From positions 5,933 through 69,932 of the forward strand of contig JBFOLZ010000051.1 of NCBI GenBank assembly GCA_040830445.1: a stretch of 64,000 nt of DNA, written 5' to 3'. Under the pieces are notes generated by a model. That model was not told the origin of the DNA. It searched no databases and saw nothing but the letters and a program-made list of their open reading frames with translations. Below are positions 48,767-57,841 of this stretch, piece by piece. Positions within the stretch are counted from its first letter, which is position 1. Each line of letters starts with the position of its first letter. Position numbers and translations under genes: made by a program. The DNA comes from Puniceicoccaceae bacterium. Lineage in GTDB: Bacteria > Verrucomicrobiota > Verrucomicrobiia > Opitutales > Oceanipulchritudinaceae.

Positions 48767-49066
48767 TCAGGCAGACTTAAACATTGCCCGCTTGACGAGA
48801 CGGTCAAGACGGATCGCGTCCTGGAAGGAATCCGGCAGGCCAGCCGGTCCGGTGACAACGACCGAGAGATAGGAATCCCCGGTATGTCCCTTTTCGGTGA
48901 TGCGGCTGAAATCGCGGCGTCCGAGGTTTTCCATGGACTCGACTTCACCACCGGCGTTCTTCATGAGTTCGGTCACCGTTTCTTCCAGCGTTTCCACGGG
49001 CGACTCGTATCCGCGCGTGTCGAGGATAATGGTAACGTTATATTTCCGATTTTTTTGAAGGCTCAT
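48767..49066 (-). CDS. rpsF: 30S ribosomal protein S6
   Basis: RKY.VTIILD, E.LGRR.F.R and position between pth and ssb. Confidence 0.85.
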   Translation of the reverse strand: MSLQKNRKYNVTIILDTRGYESPVETLEETVTELMKNAGGEVESMENLGRRDFSRITEKGHTGDSYLSVVVTGPAGLPDSFQDAIRLDRLVKRAMFKSA

Positions 49067-49649
49067 TCTTGAGAATGCGTTGGTTGATTGTGTTGGCTGC
49101 GAGGGCCGGACCCTTCTGAATGGCCAATGCCATTTCAGAGAGAATGCGATCCCAGCAATTGTTGAGAGTGCTTGTTTCCCCGGGGGTGAATTTCCCGAGG
49201 ACGTAATCCGTCATGCTGGCGCGGGTAGGTTCCTCTGGCGCAATGCCAATCCGGAACCGGGGAAACTCCGACCCATAACGCTGGATGATGTCATCGACAC
49301 CATTGTGCCCGCCCGCACTACCGCGGAGGGAGAGCTTGGTCTGCCCGAGGGGCAGTTGAAACTCGTCAACCACAACCATAACCGACTTCGGGGACCATTT
49401 ATAGAAACGGCATACATTCCCGATAGCCTTTCCGCTGGCATTCATGTACGTCTGCGGTTTGAGCAGGAGCACAGGCTGGCCAGCTATTTCGATGGTAGCG
49501 GTGTGGGCACACATCCGGCTCTCCGCTTTCCATAAAGCGGAATGGGCCTCGGCGAGTTTATCCTCCGCGGCAAAACCGATGTTGTGGCGTGTCCCATCGT
49601 ATCGGGCCTCGGGGTTACCCAGGCCGGCGATGACACGCACCGATTGCAT
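49038..49649 (-). CDS. pth: Peptidyl-tRNA hydrolase
   Basis: GLGNP..RYDGTRHNIGF, KPQTYMN.SG, GSAGGHNG and R.RIGI. Confidence 0.96.
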   Translation of the reverse strand: MQSVRVIAGLGNPEARYDGTRHNIGFAAEDKLAEAHSALWKAESRMCAHTATIEIAGQPVLLLKPQTYMNASGKAIGNVCRFYKWSPKSVMVVVDEFQLPLGQTKLSLRGSAGGHNGVDDIIQRYGSEFPRFRIGIAPEEPTRASMTDYVLGKFTPGETSTLNNCWDRILSEMALAIQKGPALAANTINQRILKNEPSKKSEI

Positions 49650-49670
49650 GCAAAGAACAAATAAAAACGA

Positions 49671-50348
49671 TCAGGACTCGGCGGCGGCAGCCTCTTCAGC
49701 CTTGGGTTCCTCGCCGGCTTCGGCAGCGGCTTCCCCTTCGGCAGCGGCTTCTTCGCCTTCCGCTTCCCCTTCCTCGGCCCCGCTGGCACCGGCAGAGGCA
49801 CCAACACAGGCAATGAGGACAAGTTCCGGATCACCGAGGAAGGTCACTCCTTCCGGAGCATCCACTTCCGACAAGTGGATGGACTTGCCGATTTCCAGTT
49901 CGGTGACATCGACAACTATGGCCTCGGGCAGGTCGCGCGGGCGGCAACGAACCCGGAGGGTCTGGGTGCTGATCTCAAGGACCCCACCGTAATTCCTGAC
50001 CCCGTCGGCCGTACCGCGGGTGGCTACCGGAATGTCGGTCTCCATTTCCTTACCACGGACGATTTCCTTGAAGTCAATATGGATAAAGGCGTCGGTACGC
50101 GGATTGCGCTGCAGCTCCTGAATAATAGCATAGTGGGAATCGCCTCCCTCTTCCTGAAGTTCAATGAGGGCAGCGGTACCGGAAAACTTGCGATAGGCCA
50201 TGCCAAATTCGTGGGCATCCAGGGTCAGGTGGCGGACACCGGATTCCCCGTAAATGATGGCCGGGACAATTCCCTGCTGACGCAGGTGCTTGCTGGCCGT
50301 CCGGCCCATCTCCGTTCTTGGTTTTGTGTTAAGCGTAATCTGTTTCAT
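49671..50348 (-). CDS. rplY: 50S ribosomal protein L25 (Ctc form)
   Basis: R.E.GR.AS.HLR..G.VPAIIYG, QRNP......HIDF and LP..I.VDV..L.IG.SIH. Confidence 0.95.
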   Translation of the reverse strand: MKQITLNTKPRTEMGRTASKHLRQQGIVPAIIYGESGVRHLTLDAHEFGMAYRKFSGTAALIELQEEGGDSHYAIIQELQRNPRTDAFIHIDFKEIVRGKEMETDIPVATRGTADGVRNYGGVLEISTQTLRVRCRPRDLPEAIVVDVTELEIGKSIHLSEVDAPEGVTFLGDPELVLIACVGASAGASGAEEGEAEGEEAAAEGEAAAEAGEEPKAEEAAAAES

Positions 50349-50502
50349 TGCGTGAAAAATTGGGTGATCGCAAATTTCCGATCAAAGAAAAAGAGTGACC
50401 CATACGGAAGCCGGGCCCGAAAGCAAATCTATTTTTTTCATTCCTCGGTTTTCTTCTTGCCAAGGACCATGCGGCTTAACAAATTCCGACCCTTCTTTGG
50501 AC

Positions 50503-50578
50503 GCCACCCTAGCTCAGTTGGTAGAGCAGCTCACTCGTAATGAGCAGGTCGTCGGTTCGAGTCCGATGGGTGGCTCCA
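50503..50578 (+). tRNA. tRNA-Thr (anticodon CGT)
   Basis: 76 nt. Acceptor GCCACCC/GGGTGGC, D arm AGCTCAGTTGGTAGAGC, anticodon stem GCTCA-CT CGT AA-TGAGC, T loop GGTTCGAGTCC, encoded CCA. Confidence 0.96.
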
Positions 50579-50612
50579 CGCTTCGCTCTTGTAGATTACC
50601 CCGTGATTAGGA

Positions 50613-52628
50613 TCAGGCCGGGGCCGGGGCGGCTTCCGCGCTCAATTCGCCATCATCCTTTTTACCATCCTCAGGCTTTTTGGCGGCCAATTCGTCCTCA
50701 GGCTCTTCATCGTCGGCGCTGTCGGCGCGGTCCTTGATGGTCTCGACGGTGGTGCGGATTTCCCCGTACTTAATGATCTCCTCGACGTGGATGCCCTCGA
50801 TGGTCTCGTGCTCGAGAAGCGCCTCGGCAATCATACGCAGGGCCTCATGGTGGTCCTCGACAATCTTGTGAGCCCGGTTGTACTGGTCCTCAATGATGAC
50901 GGAAATGGCCCTATCGATCTTCTCCGCGGTCGACTCGCTGAAATTCTGGGTTCGGTTGATTTCCTTGCCGAGGAAGACCTGTTCCTGGTTTTCCCCGAAG
51001 GCCACCGGACCGAGGTCGCTCATACCCCAGTCACAGACCATGTGACGGGCAATCTTGGTCGCCTGCTTGATGTCGTTGGCAGCACCATTGCTGAAGTCCT
51101 GGGTCTCAATTTCCTCCCCGATACGGCCGGCCATGGCACAGCAGATCTGGTTCAGGAGATGCTTACGGGACTGTCCGAGAATATCCTTCTTGGGCAGCAT
51201 CATGGTCAGGCCGAGGGCCCGTCCCCGCGGAATAATAGTCACCTTGTGCAGCGGCAGATGGCCGTCATCGATAACCGCTTGGACGAGTGCGTGCCCAGCC
51301 TCGTGGAAGGCGGTCATCCGCTTGTCCTCGTCGTCCATGAGCTTGCGCCGCTCACGGCCGAAGGCAATCTTGTCACGGGCTTCCTCGACGTCATGCCGGT
51401 CGACAACCTTCTTGTTGTAGCGGGCGGCAATGAGCGCGCTCTCGTTGAGCAGGTTGGCCAGGTCGGCCCCGGAGAACCCGGGGGTATTGCGGGCGACATT
51501 GAACAGGTCGATATCATCACCCAGCTTAATCTTGCTGGCATGGACCTTGAGGATTTCCTCACGACCATGCAGGTCCGGCAAGTCGATCATGATCTGCCGG
51601 TCAAATCGTCCGGGACGGAGAAGCGCATTGTCCAAAACATCCGGCCGGTTGGTCGCCGCCATGATGATGACGCCTTCATGGCCGTCAAAGCCGTCCATCT
51701 CGACAAGAAGGGAATTGAGGGTCTGTTCACGCTCGTCGTTGCCACCGCCAAGACCAGCTCCTCGCTGGCGGCCAACGGCGTCGATTTCATCAACAAAGAT
51801 AATACAGGGGGCGTTCTTGCGGCCCTGCTCAAACATGTCACGGACACGGGCGGCCCCGACCCCGACAAACATCTCCACAAAGTCCGAGCCGCTAATACTG
51901 AAGAACGGCACATCGGCCTCGCCGGCCACAGCACGGGCCAGGAGGGTCTTACCGGTTCCTGGAGGCCCCACCAGGAGGGCCCCCTTGGGGATACGGCCGC
52001 CGATACGCTGGAAGCGCTTCGGATCCTTGAGGAAGGAAACCACTTCCGCCACTTCCTCCTTGGCCTCGTCACAGCCGGCAACGTCCTTGAAAGTGACCTT
52101 TTCGCGGTCGCGGGTGAGCATACGGGCCTTGCTCTTGCCGAAGTTCATCGCGCCCCGGCCGGCACTGCGCAACTGCCGGACAAAGAGGAAATAGAGAATG
52201 AGCAGGATGAGCAGGATCGGCAGCAGGTTGAGCAGGACCTGGGTAAAGAGCGTGCTTGCCGGCTCCTCCTTGAAGAGTCCGGATTCCTGAAGGACCTGGA
52301 TATTTTCCTCGGTCAGCTGGCCTTCTGCGAGAAAGGTGATGTCCTCGCCACCTGTGGTCTTGAGGCGACCCCGAATCTCATGCCATTTGGTCCCTCCGTG
52401 GGGAGCAGCCTTGATGACGGCGCCGGGAACAATCCGGCTCTCCTCGCCCTTCTCAGCCTCCTGGATGACCTGCCGGATAGTCAGCTCCTCGGACTGTTGC
52501 ATGTCGGAGTTGCTGATGAAAAGGATCGCGAAGATGACAAAAAATACGAGCAACCAGATGCTCAGCATCCGGAATTGGCCCCCGTTATTGAGGGGCTTGT
52601 TGCGCTTTTGATTGGGATTCTCAACCAT
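50613..52628 (-). CDS. ftsH: ATP-dependent zinc metalloprotease FtsH
   Basis: Two TMs, [46 protein letters not shown] and HEAGH. Confidence 0.97.
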   Translation of the reverse strand: MVENPNQKRNKPLNNGGQFRMLSIWLLVFFVIFAILFISNSDMQQSEELTIRQVIQEAEKGEESRIVPGAVIKAAPHGGTKWHEIRGRLKTTGGEDITFLAEGQLTEENIQVLQESGLFKEEPASTLFTQVLLNLLPILLILLILYFLFVRQLRSAGRGAMNFGKSKARMLTRDREKVTFKDVAGCDEAKEEVAEVVSFLKDPKRFQRIGGRIPKGALLVGPPGTGKTLLARAVAGEADVPFFSISGSDFVEMFVGVGAARVRDMFEQGRKNAPCIIFVDEIDAVGRQRGAGLGGGNDEREQTLNSLLVEMDGFDGHEGVIIMAATNRPDVLDNALLRPGRFDRQIMIDLPDLHGREEILKVHASKIKLGDDIDLFNVARNTPGFSGADLANLLNESALIAARYNKKVVDRHDVEEARDKIAFGRERRKLMDDEDKRMTAFHEAGHALVQAVIDDGHLPLHKVTIIPRGRALGLTMMLPKKDILGQSRKHLLNQICCAMAGRIGEEIETQDFSNGAANDIKQATKIARHMVCDWGMSDLGPVAFGENQEQVFLGKEINRTQNFSESTAEKIDRAISVIIEDQYNRAHKIVEDHHEALRMIAEALLEHETIEGIHVEEIIKYGEIRTTVETIKDRADSADDEEPEDELAAKKPEDGKKDDGELSAEAAPAPA

Positions 52629-52647
52629 AATGAAGTGGCAAACGTGC

Positions 52648-54099
52648 CTATTGCAGATTGTAAGTCAACTTTAGAGCCGATTTGTGATTGTGGCAAATCC
52701 GGAAAGCCTCGGCCGGCGGAAATCCGGGGATCCAGACGATGGAGCCCCGACTATCCAGTAGGACGGGCAGACGGGATTTTTGTTCGGAATTAAGCTTCGC
52801 ATCGGTAAAAATATCCTGCACCTTGCGTCTTCCCGGAGCGCCCAGCGGCTGATAACGGTCCCCCGGCATCCATTGACGCACCTCAATCGGTCCATCGACG
52901 CCGGCCACCCAGGCCTCCGTTCGGGGATTAGCCGATTCATAGGCAAACGGTCCAATCTCGGGTAGCTGGACCGCTTCTCCCTCAAGGCCTGCTCCGTCAG
53001 GAAGGAAAAGGCTTCCAGCCTTCCAATGCCAATGATTGCCCCCACTCCACGGCCTTGGCTCGGGGGCCTTTCCAGGCCGCAGGACTAATAGATTATCTTC
53101 CTTAAGCTCAACAACTTGCGGCATTTCACCAAAATTCTCAACCATCCCAACAGGTAAAATTAGCCCGGTCTTGCCAGCTGAAATGGCATCAACCAGGGTA
53201 TCCGCCGGCCGGGTCGGGAAGGGTTGTTGCGGATTGTGCCGCAGCCACCAGGCCATGAGAACGCGCCGGGCCAGTGCGGGCGCCCCGCCCATTACCTGCT
53301 TCAGGTCAATCCGGAGCGGATCGGTCAAATCCAGACCCAGCTCCTCAATCGCATGGTCGAGGGAATCCACCATTTCCTCCATCAATTGTCGCGTCCGGGC
53401 GGCTCCGGCGTGAATGTCCTGCGGGAAGTGCTTCTCCAGCAGGGGCACGATTTCCTGACGCAGCCAGTTGCGGGTATAGGCGGTGTCCGCATTTGTGGAA
53501 TCCATCCGGTAAGGGACAGGTAACTTATCGAGGATGGCCATAATCTGGCCCCTCCTGAGGCGCAGCAAGGGCCGCAGGCGTACCTGTCCATCCGTGAAGG
53601 AACGAACCGGCATCGGCGTGGCCAAGCCTGCCGGACCGGAACCGCTGAGCAGGGCCATCAACTGCGACTCCAGCAGGTCATTGGCGTGCTGCCCGAGGAT
53701 CAGGGCACCTGCACCCGGTTGCCGGTAGATTTTGCCCATCCAGTCATAACGGGCACTTCGGAGCGCGGCCTCATCCGGTGTCAGGGGCGTCTCGGGTCGG
53801 CCGATGTGGAAAGGATGGCCCAATTGGTTGGCCGATTCCCGGACAAATTCGGCATCCCCATCCGCATCCGTACCCCGGATCCCATGGTGGAAGTGGAGGA
53901 TGTGCAGCTGATTCGGGGATTCGGCAAAAAACGCATGCAGGCAAAGGACCAGGAAGACCGAATCCGGCCCGCCGGAGCAGGCGGCAAGCACCGGCCGTTT
54001 GGCGGGTAGTTTTTCCAGGAAATCAACCACCACCGGGTCCAACCGGCTTACCGGCTCCGGTTCAGCAAAACGCCGGGCAATCTCCGGCCAGTCAGTCAT
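52648..54099 (-). CDS. tilS: tRNA(Ile)-lysidine synthetase
   Basis: ACSGG.DS, HFHHGIR, LR..RY, D.TN....Y.RN.LR and PGDRY.PLG..G.RKVQD. Confidence 0.93.
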   Translation of the reverse strand: MTDWPEIARRFAEPEPVSRLDPVVVDFLEKLPAKRPVLAACSGGPDSVFLVLCLHAFFAESPNQLHILHFHHGIRGTDADGDAEFVRESANQLGHPFHIGRPETPLTPDEAALRSARYDWMGKIYRQPGAGALILGQHANDLLESQLMALLSGSGPAGLATPMPVRSFTDGQVRLRPLLRLRRGQIMAILDKLPVPYRMDSTNADTAYTRNWLRQEIVPLLEKHFPQDIHAGAARTRQLMEEMVDSLDHAIEELGLDLTDPLRIDLKQVMGGAPALARRVLMAWWLRHNPQQPFPTRPADTLVDAISAGKTGLILPVGMVENFGEMPQVVELKEDNLLVLRPGKAPEPRPWSGGNHWHWKAGSLFLPDGAGLEGEAVQLPEIGPFAYESANPRTEAWVAGVDGPIEVRQWMPGDRYQPLGAPGRRKVQDIFTDAKLNSEQKSRLPVLLDSRGSIVWIPGFPPAEAFRICHNHKSALKLTYNLQ

Positions 54100-54103
54100 C
54101 GCA

Positions 54104-55378
54104 TCAGCTGATGGGCGGCGTCAGGCGGTCGCCTCCAAAATGCGGGACCAACGCACCCGGAAGCAAAACGCTTCCGTCGGCTTGCAGATTGTTTTCCAGC
54201 AGGGCTGCGAGGACCCGTGGAATGGCGAGACCAGACCCGTTGAGGGTATGGACCACGCGCGGCTTTCCGCTTTCGTCGCGAAAACGGATGTTGGCCCGCC
54301 GGGCCTGGAAATCAGTGAAACAGCTGGCGCTGGAAACTTCCAGCCAACGCTTTTGGCCACCCGCCCAGACCTCAACATCATACTGCTTGGCGTGCGGGAA
54401 GCCAATGTCCTTGGAGCACATCAGGAGGGTGCGGTAAGGCAGCTCCAGTTTTTCCACCAATCCCTGAATGTGGGTCCGTAGGTTCTCCAGCTCATTCATC
54501 CCCTCGTCCGGGTGAACCCATTCCACAAGTTCCACCTTGTCGAACTGGTGCACACGGTTGAGCCCACGGACATCCTTGCCATAGCTGCCTGCCTCACGCC
54601 GAAAACAGGGCGTGTAAGCACAAGCCTTCAAAGGCAGGTCAGCGGCATCGATAAATTCGTCTCGGTAGAAGTTGGTCACCGGAACCTCGGCGGTCGGGAT
54701 CAGGTACAGTCCATCTTCCTGGACATGATACATCTGGCCCTCCTTGTCCGGGAGTTGACCGGTGGCAGTCGCACTGGCGGCACTGACACAGATCGGCGGG
54801 TGCACCTCCTCAAACCCGGCAGCGGTGTTTTCCTCGATGAAGAAGGTCAGTAAACTCCGCACCAAGCGGGCCATCTGGCCACGGAAGACCGGCCAACCGG
54901 CACCCGTGATCTTGGTTCCACGCTCAAGATCAACGTAATGGGCAAACCAGGGAATATCAAAGTGAGCGGCCGCGCTGGAAGAAACATCCTCCGGTTCGCC
55001 CCAAGTGTGGAAGACCACATTGTCATCCTCTGTCTCGCCGTCCGGGACGCTGGGATCCGGAATGTTCGGGATGGCCAGGAAAGCAGCTTCCCACTCCGTC
55101 TCCACTTCCGCCTGCTGGGACTGGAGCGCCTTCACCTCCTGGGAGAGTTCCCGCATCTCGGCCAACTTGGCCTTGAAGGCGTCGGAGCCCTTGTCGAGCT
55201 TGGCCATTTCCGCATTGGCCGCCTTCTGGGCAGCCCGCTTCTCCTCGGCTTCGCGGATAATGCGGCGGCGGCTGTCATCCAACTCCAGGACGGTGTCGAG
55301 ATCACAGTCGAATTTCTTGCGGTTTATGCCGCGCCGAATGAGGTCGGTATTCTCACGGAAAAACTTAAGATCCAGCAT
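54104..55378 (-). CDS. serS: Serine--tRNA ligase
   Basis: MLDLK.FREN, LIPTAEVP, CFRREAGSYGKD.RGL.RVHQF.KVE and HTLNGSGLA. Confidence 0.97.
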   Translation of the reverse strand: MLDLKFFRENTDLIRRGINRKKFDCDLDTVLELDDSRRRIIREAEEKRAAQKAANAEMAKLDKGSDAFKAKLAEMRELSQEVKALQSQQAEVETEWEAAFLAIPNIPDPSVPDGETEDDNVVFHTWGEPEDVSSSAAAHFDIPWFAHYVDLERGTKITGAGWPVFRGQMARLVRSLLTFFIEENTAAGFEEVHPPICVSAASATATGQLPDKEGQMYHVQEDGLYLIPTAEVPVTNFYRDEFIDAADLPLKACAYTPCFRREAGSYGKDVRGLNRVHQFDKVELVEWVHPDEGMNELENLRTHIQGLVEKLELPYRTLLMCSKDIGFPHAKQYDVEVWAGGQKRWLEVSSASCFTDFQARRANIRFRDESGKPRVVHTLNGSGLAIPRVLAALLENNLQADGSVLLPGALVPHFGGDRLTPPIS

Positions 55379-55440
55379 AAGCGACCAACGATGCAAATGC
55401 CCATGGCAGTGGAAAGCCCAAAATGTCGGTCCGCGTTTGA

Positions 55441-55495
55441 GGAGTCGGCCCTTCAGGGCCGGTTGTGTCGCGACCGGCCCTGAAGGGCCGACTCC
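55441..55495. repeat. 55-bp palindromic REP-like element, family B, copy 2
   Basis: GGAGTCGGCCCTTCAGGGCCGGTTGTGTCGCGACCGGCCCTGAAGGGCCGACTCC; near-perfect long inverted repeat. Confidence 0.9.
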
Positions 55496-55502
55496 TATTA
55501 TC

Positions 55503-56372
55503 TTATTTCATAATCCCCCACTCCTGGAGGTGGGACTCGATAAAGTGAATGACGGCCTCATGCGCATCGCGGTCGGGGCCCTCGATCCGGATGGGCTCGC
55601 CAAAGGCGAAATGGACCGGTTCATGGGGAAGGAAGGGGCCATAGTCCTTGAACAACTTGCCATTGCTCCAGGCATTGGTCTTCAGAGCCAGCGGAATGAC
55701 CGGGACCCCTGCCCGCTTGGCCAACTTCACCCCGATGGTGTTAAAGGACTCCCGCTCAAACTGCACGGTGCGGGTCTTCTGGGGGAAAATGACGATGGAG
55801 GTACCCGCCTCAAGCCGTTCGCGTCCACCATGGAGGACCGCCTTGAGGTCCTCCCGCGGATTAACCCGGCCAACCACGATCGGATTACGGGAAAGCATGA
55901 TATGCTTGAAGACAGGGTATTGGACGAGAGCCTCCTTGACGACAAAAGTCAGCGGGCGGAAAGGAAGGACCATGGAGGCCATCAGGAACGTCTCCGCAGT
56001 GCTCATGTGGTTGCCGATAAAGACACAGGGCTCGTCCAGATTGGCAATATTGGCCGTACCCGTGACAGAGACATGGGCCCCTGTTTTTTCAAACGCCTGC
56101 CGGATTTTGAGGCTGGCGGAATACCATGCCCAGTCGCTGAACTTTCCCCGCTTGGCCTTGTAGGAAGAGGCAAACACGGTCCGGGCAACCCGGGAATAGA
56201 ACAATGCGCTCGGAAGCAAGCGGCTCAAGGGTCCCGGCTTGAATGGGGGCGAGGAATAATCGGCAAAATGGGGTTCAGAAAATGTCGGTAAAGGATTCAT
56301 GTATTGGGCTGACACGTTAAGGCCAGTCTCCGTTCTTGCCCTCAGCATGGAGCTCGTCAACACTTCTGCCAA
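55503..56372 (-). CDS. 1-acyl-sn-glycerol-3-phosphate acyltransferase (PlsC family)
   Basis: FIGNHMS..E (HxxxxD/E variant), FVVKE.L, IFPQ.TR and VPVIPLAL. Start uncertain (56372, 56348 or 56300). Confidence 0.85.
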   Translation of the reverse strand: MAEVLTSSMLRARTETGLNVSAQYMNPLPTFSEPHFADYSSPPFKPGPLSRLLPSALFYSRVARTVFASSYKAKRGKFSDWAWYSASLKIRQAFEKTGAHVSVTGTANIANLDEPCVFIGNHMSTAETFLMASMVLPFRPLTFVVKEALVQYPVFKHIMLSRNPIVVGRVNPREDLKAVLHGGRERLEAGTSIVIFPQKTRTVQFERESFNTIGVKLAKRAGVPVIPLALKTNAWSNGKLFKDYGPFLPHEPVHFAFGEPIRIEGPDRDAHEAVIHFIESHLQEWGIMK

Positions 56373-56404
56373 TCCCAGAATTCCACGATTACCGCCTTCT
56401 TGCA

Positions 56405-57323
56405 GATGCCCAGATCGACATCAACCTCCCTTTGGCGCCCCGCAAACGTCCTTGCCGCCCTCGGTATACTCATCCTGAAACTGAGTGCCAAGCTGCCTTT
56501 CAGCTGGATGCGGGGCCTTGGGAAGGGCATTGGCTCGGTCGCAGGAATCCTCTTTCCCTATCGCCAGAAGGTTGGGTTGGTGAATCTGCGCCTTTGCTTT
56601 CCGGAGATGAGCGAAAAGGAGCGGCGCCAGTTACTCTTCCGCCATTACCAGTCGATGGGTATGGGGATTTTCGAGATGGCCGCGGGTTGGTACAAGCCAG
56701 AAGGATATTTCGAAAAGATCAGCCGGGTCACCGGACTGGAACACCTCAAGGCGGTGGAGGAATCCGGACGCGGCGCCCTGCTCCTGACAGCCCACTTCAC
56801 CACTCTCGAATTCGGCGGGCGAATGATGGTCGAGCATTACAAGGCCTTCAGTTGCCTCTACCGCAAGCCTAACCAGCCCGTAATCGCCAGGGAAATGACG
56901 CGTATCCGGGAAACGAAAATGCGCCACGTCATTCACTTTGATGAGATGAACGACCTCATCCGGGCGCTCCGGGACGGTGAATTCGTCTGGTACGCCCCGG
57001 ACCAGGGAAAGAAGATGAAATACAGCGACATCATTCCCTTCTTTGGCGAGCCCGCGGTGACCAACACCGCCACCGGGCGCATCGCCCGGATGGGCAAGGC
57101 CGCCATCCTGCCCTTCGTCGGGTACCGGTGTCCCGACGGGCACTATCAACTGGACATCTACCCGGAACTGACCCACTTGCCGACCAAGGATGCTAAGGCG
57201 GATGCCCTGGAAATCAACCACCTCATCGAGGAGCTTGTCCGCAAGGCCCCGGACCAGTACTTCTGGCTCCACAAGCGCTTCAAGCGAAGGGGCCCGGGGT
57301 ATCCCGATGTGTATGAATCTTAA
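56405..57323 (+). CDS. lpxL: Lipid A late acyltransferase (LpxL/HtrB family)
   Basis: N..LCFPE, G.EHL, G.LLL.AHF..LE.GG, YAPDQ and APDQYFWLHKRFK.R. Confidence 0.88.
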
Positions 57324-57345
57324 TCTTGATCTTAATCTTAATCCC
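57318..57345. repeat. Short 6-bp tandem microrepeat (ATCTTA/ATCTTG), with an inverse-sense counterpart at ~57776-57806
   Basis: TCTTAATCTTGATCTTAATCTTAATCC at the lpxL stop; AAGATCGGGATTGAGATTGGGATTGAGAT upstream of the msbA-like gene. Confidence 0.6.
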
Positions 57346-57451
57346 TAGGCGCCGATTCCAGACTGCGAAGGATTTTGCTTCATCGGATTGGAAAGAATTT
57401 GGATACTGAGGTAGCGGCCGCCCACTGCATGGCCTTTAAATTACCTTCAGT

Positions 57452-57574
57452 GCCACCCACAGGGTGGCAGCAAGTCAAGCCCGGGGATGAGGACGCCGCT
57501 ACGCCACGCGTAGCGGAGGACGATTCCCCGGGAAACGCGTTCCTCACCCTCCCCTGCGCGCCTTGAAAAGGCGC
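57452..57574 (+). repeat. Composite REP-like element, family A, copy 4
   Basis: GCCACCCACAGGGTGGC - AGCCCGGGGATGAGG - inner hairpin - ATTCCCCGGG - GCGCCTTGAAAAGGCGC. Confidence 0.72.
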
Positions 57575-57584
57575 ACGGATCCCC

Positions 57585-57704
57585 GCGGTCCTTCAGGCCG
57601 CGCCTGGAATTAGGGCCTCCGACCCCCAGGGAATCCGCCTCCTTCGCGCTTCGCGCTTCGGAGGCCTCATCCCTGGGCTATCCTCCATACCGCCCTTTGG
57701 GCGG
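57585..57704 (-). repeat. Composite REP-like element, family A, copy 5 (reverse orientation)
   Basis: Reverse complement: CCGCCCAAAGGGCGG - AGCCCAGGGATGAGG - inner hairpin - ATTCCCTGGG - GCGGCCTGAAGGACCGC. Confidence 0.72.
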
Positions 57705-57841
57705 AAACGATTACCCATGTCTGGTTGGACCTATTCCCCATGCTTATAATTTCTTTTTATTGCCCTAACCCGAGTAAGATCGGGATTGAGATTGGGATTG
57801 AGATGATAAGCAGAGGCCTCTTAAATGTCTCCCTTTCGAGC

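Noticed and set aside
50349-50400. Hairpin TGATCG...CGATCA upstream of rplY as an L25 autoregulatory leader
   Set aside because: Only a 6-bp stem with no recognisable loop-E-like motif, so it cannot be supported without comparative data.
50503-50612. tRNA-Thr as an integration site for a genomic island
   Set aside because: ftsH ends 35 bp downstream; there is no integrase, no duplicated tRNA 3' end and no compositional shift.
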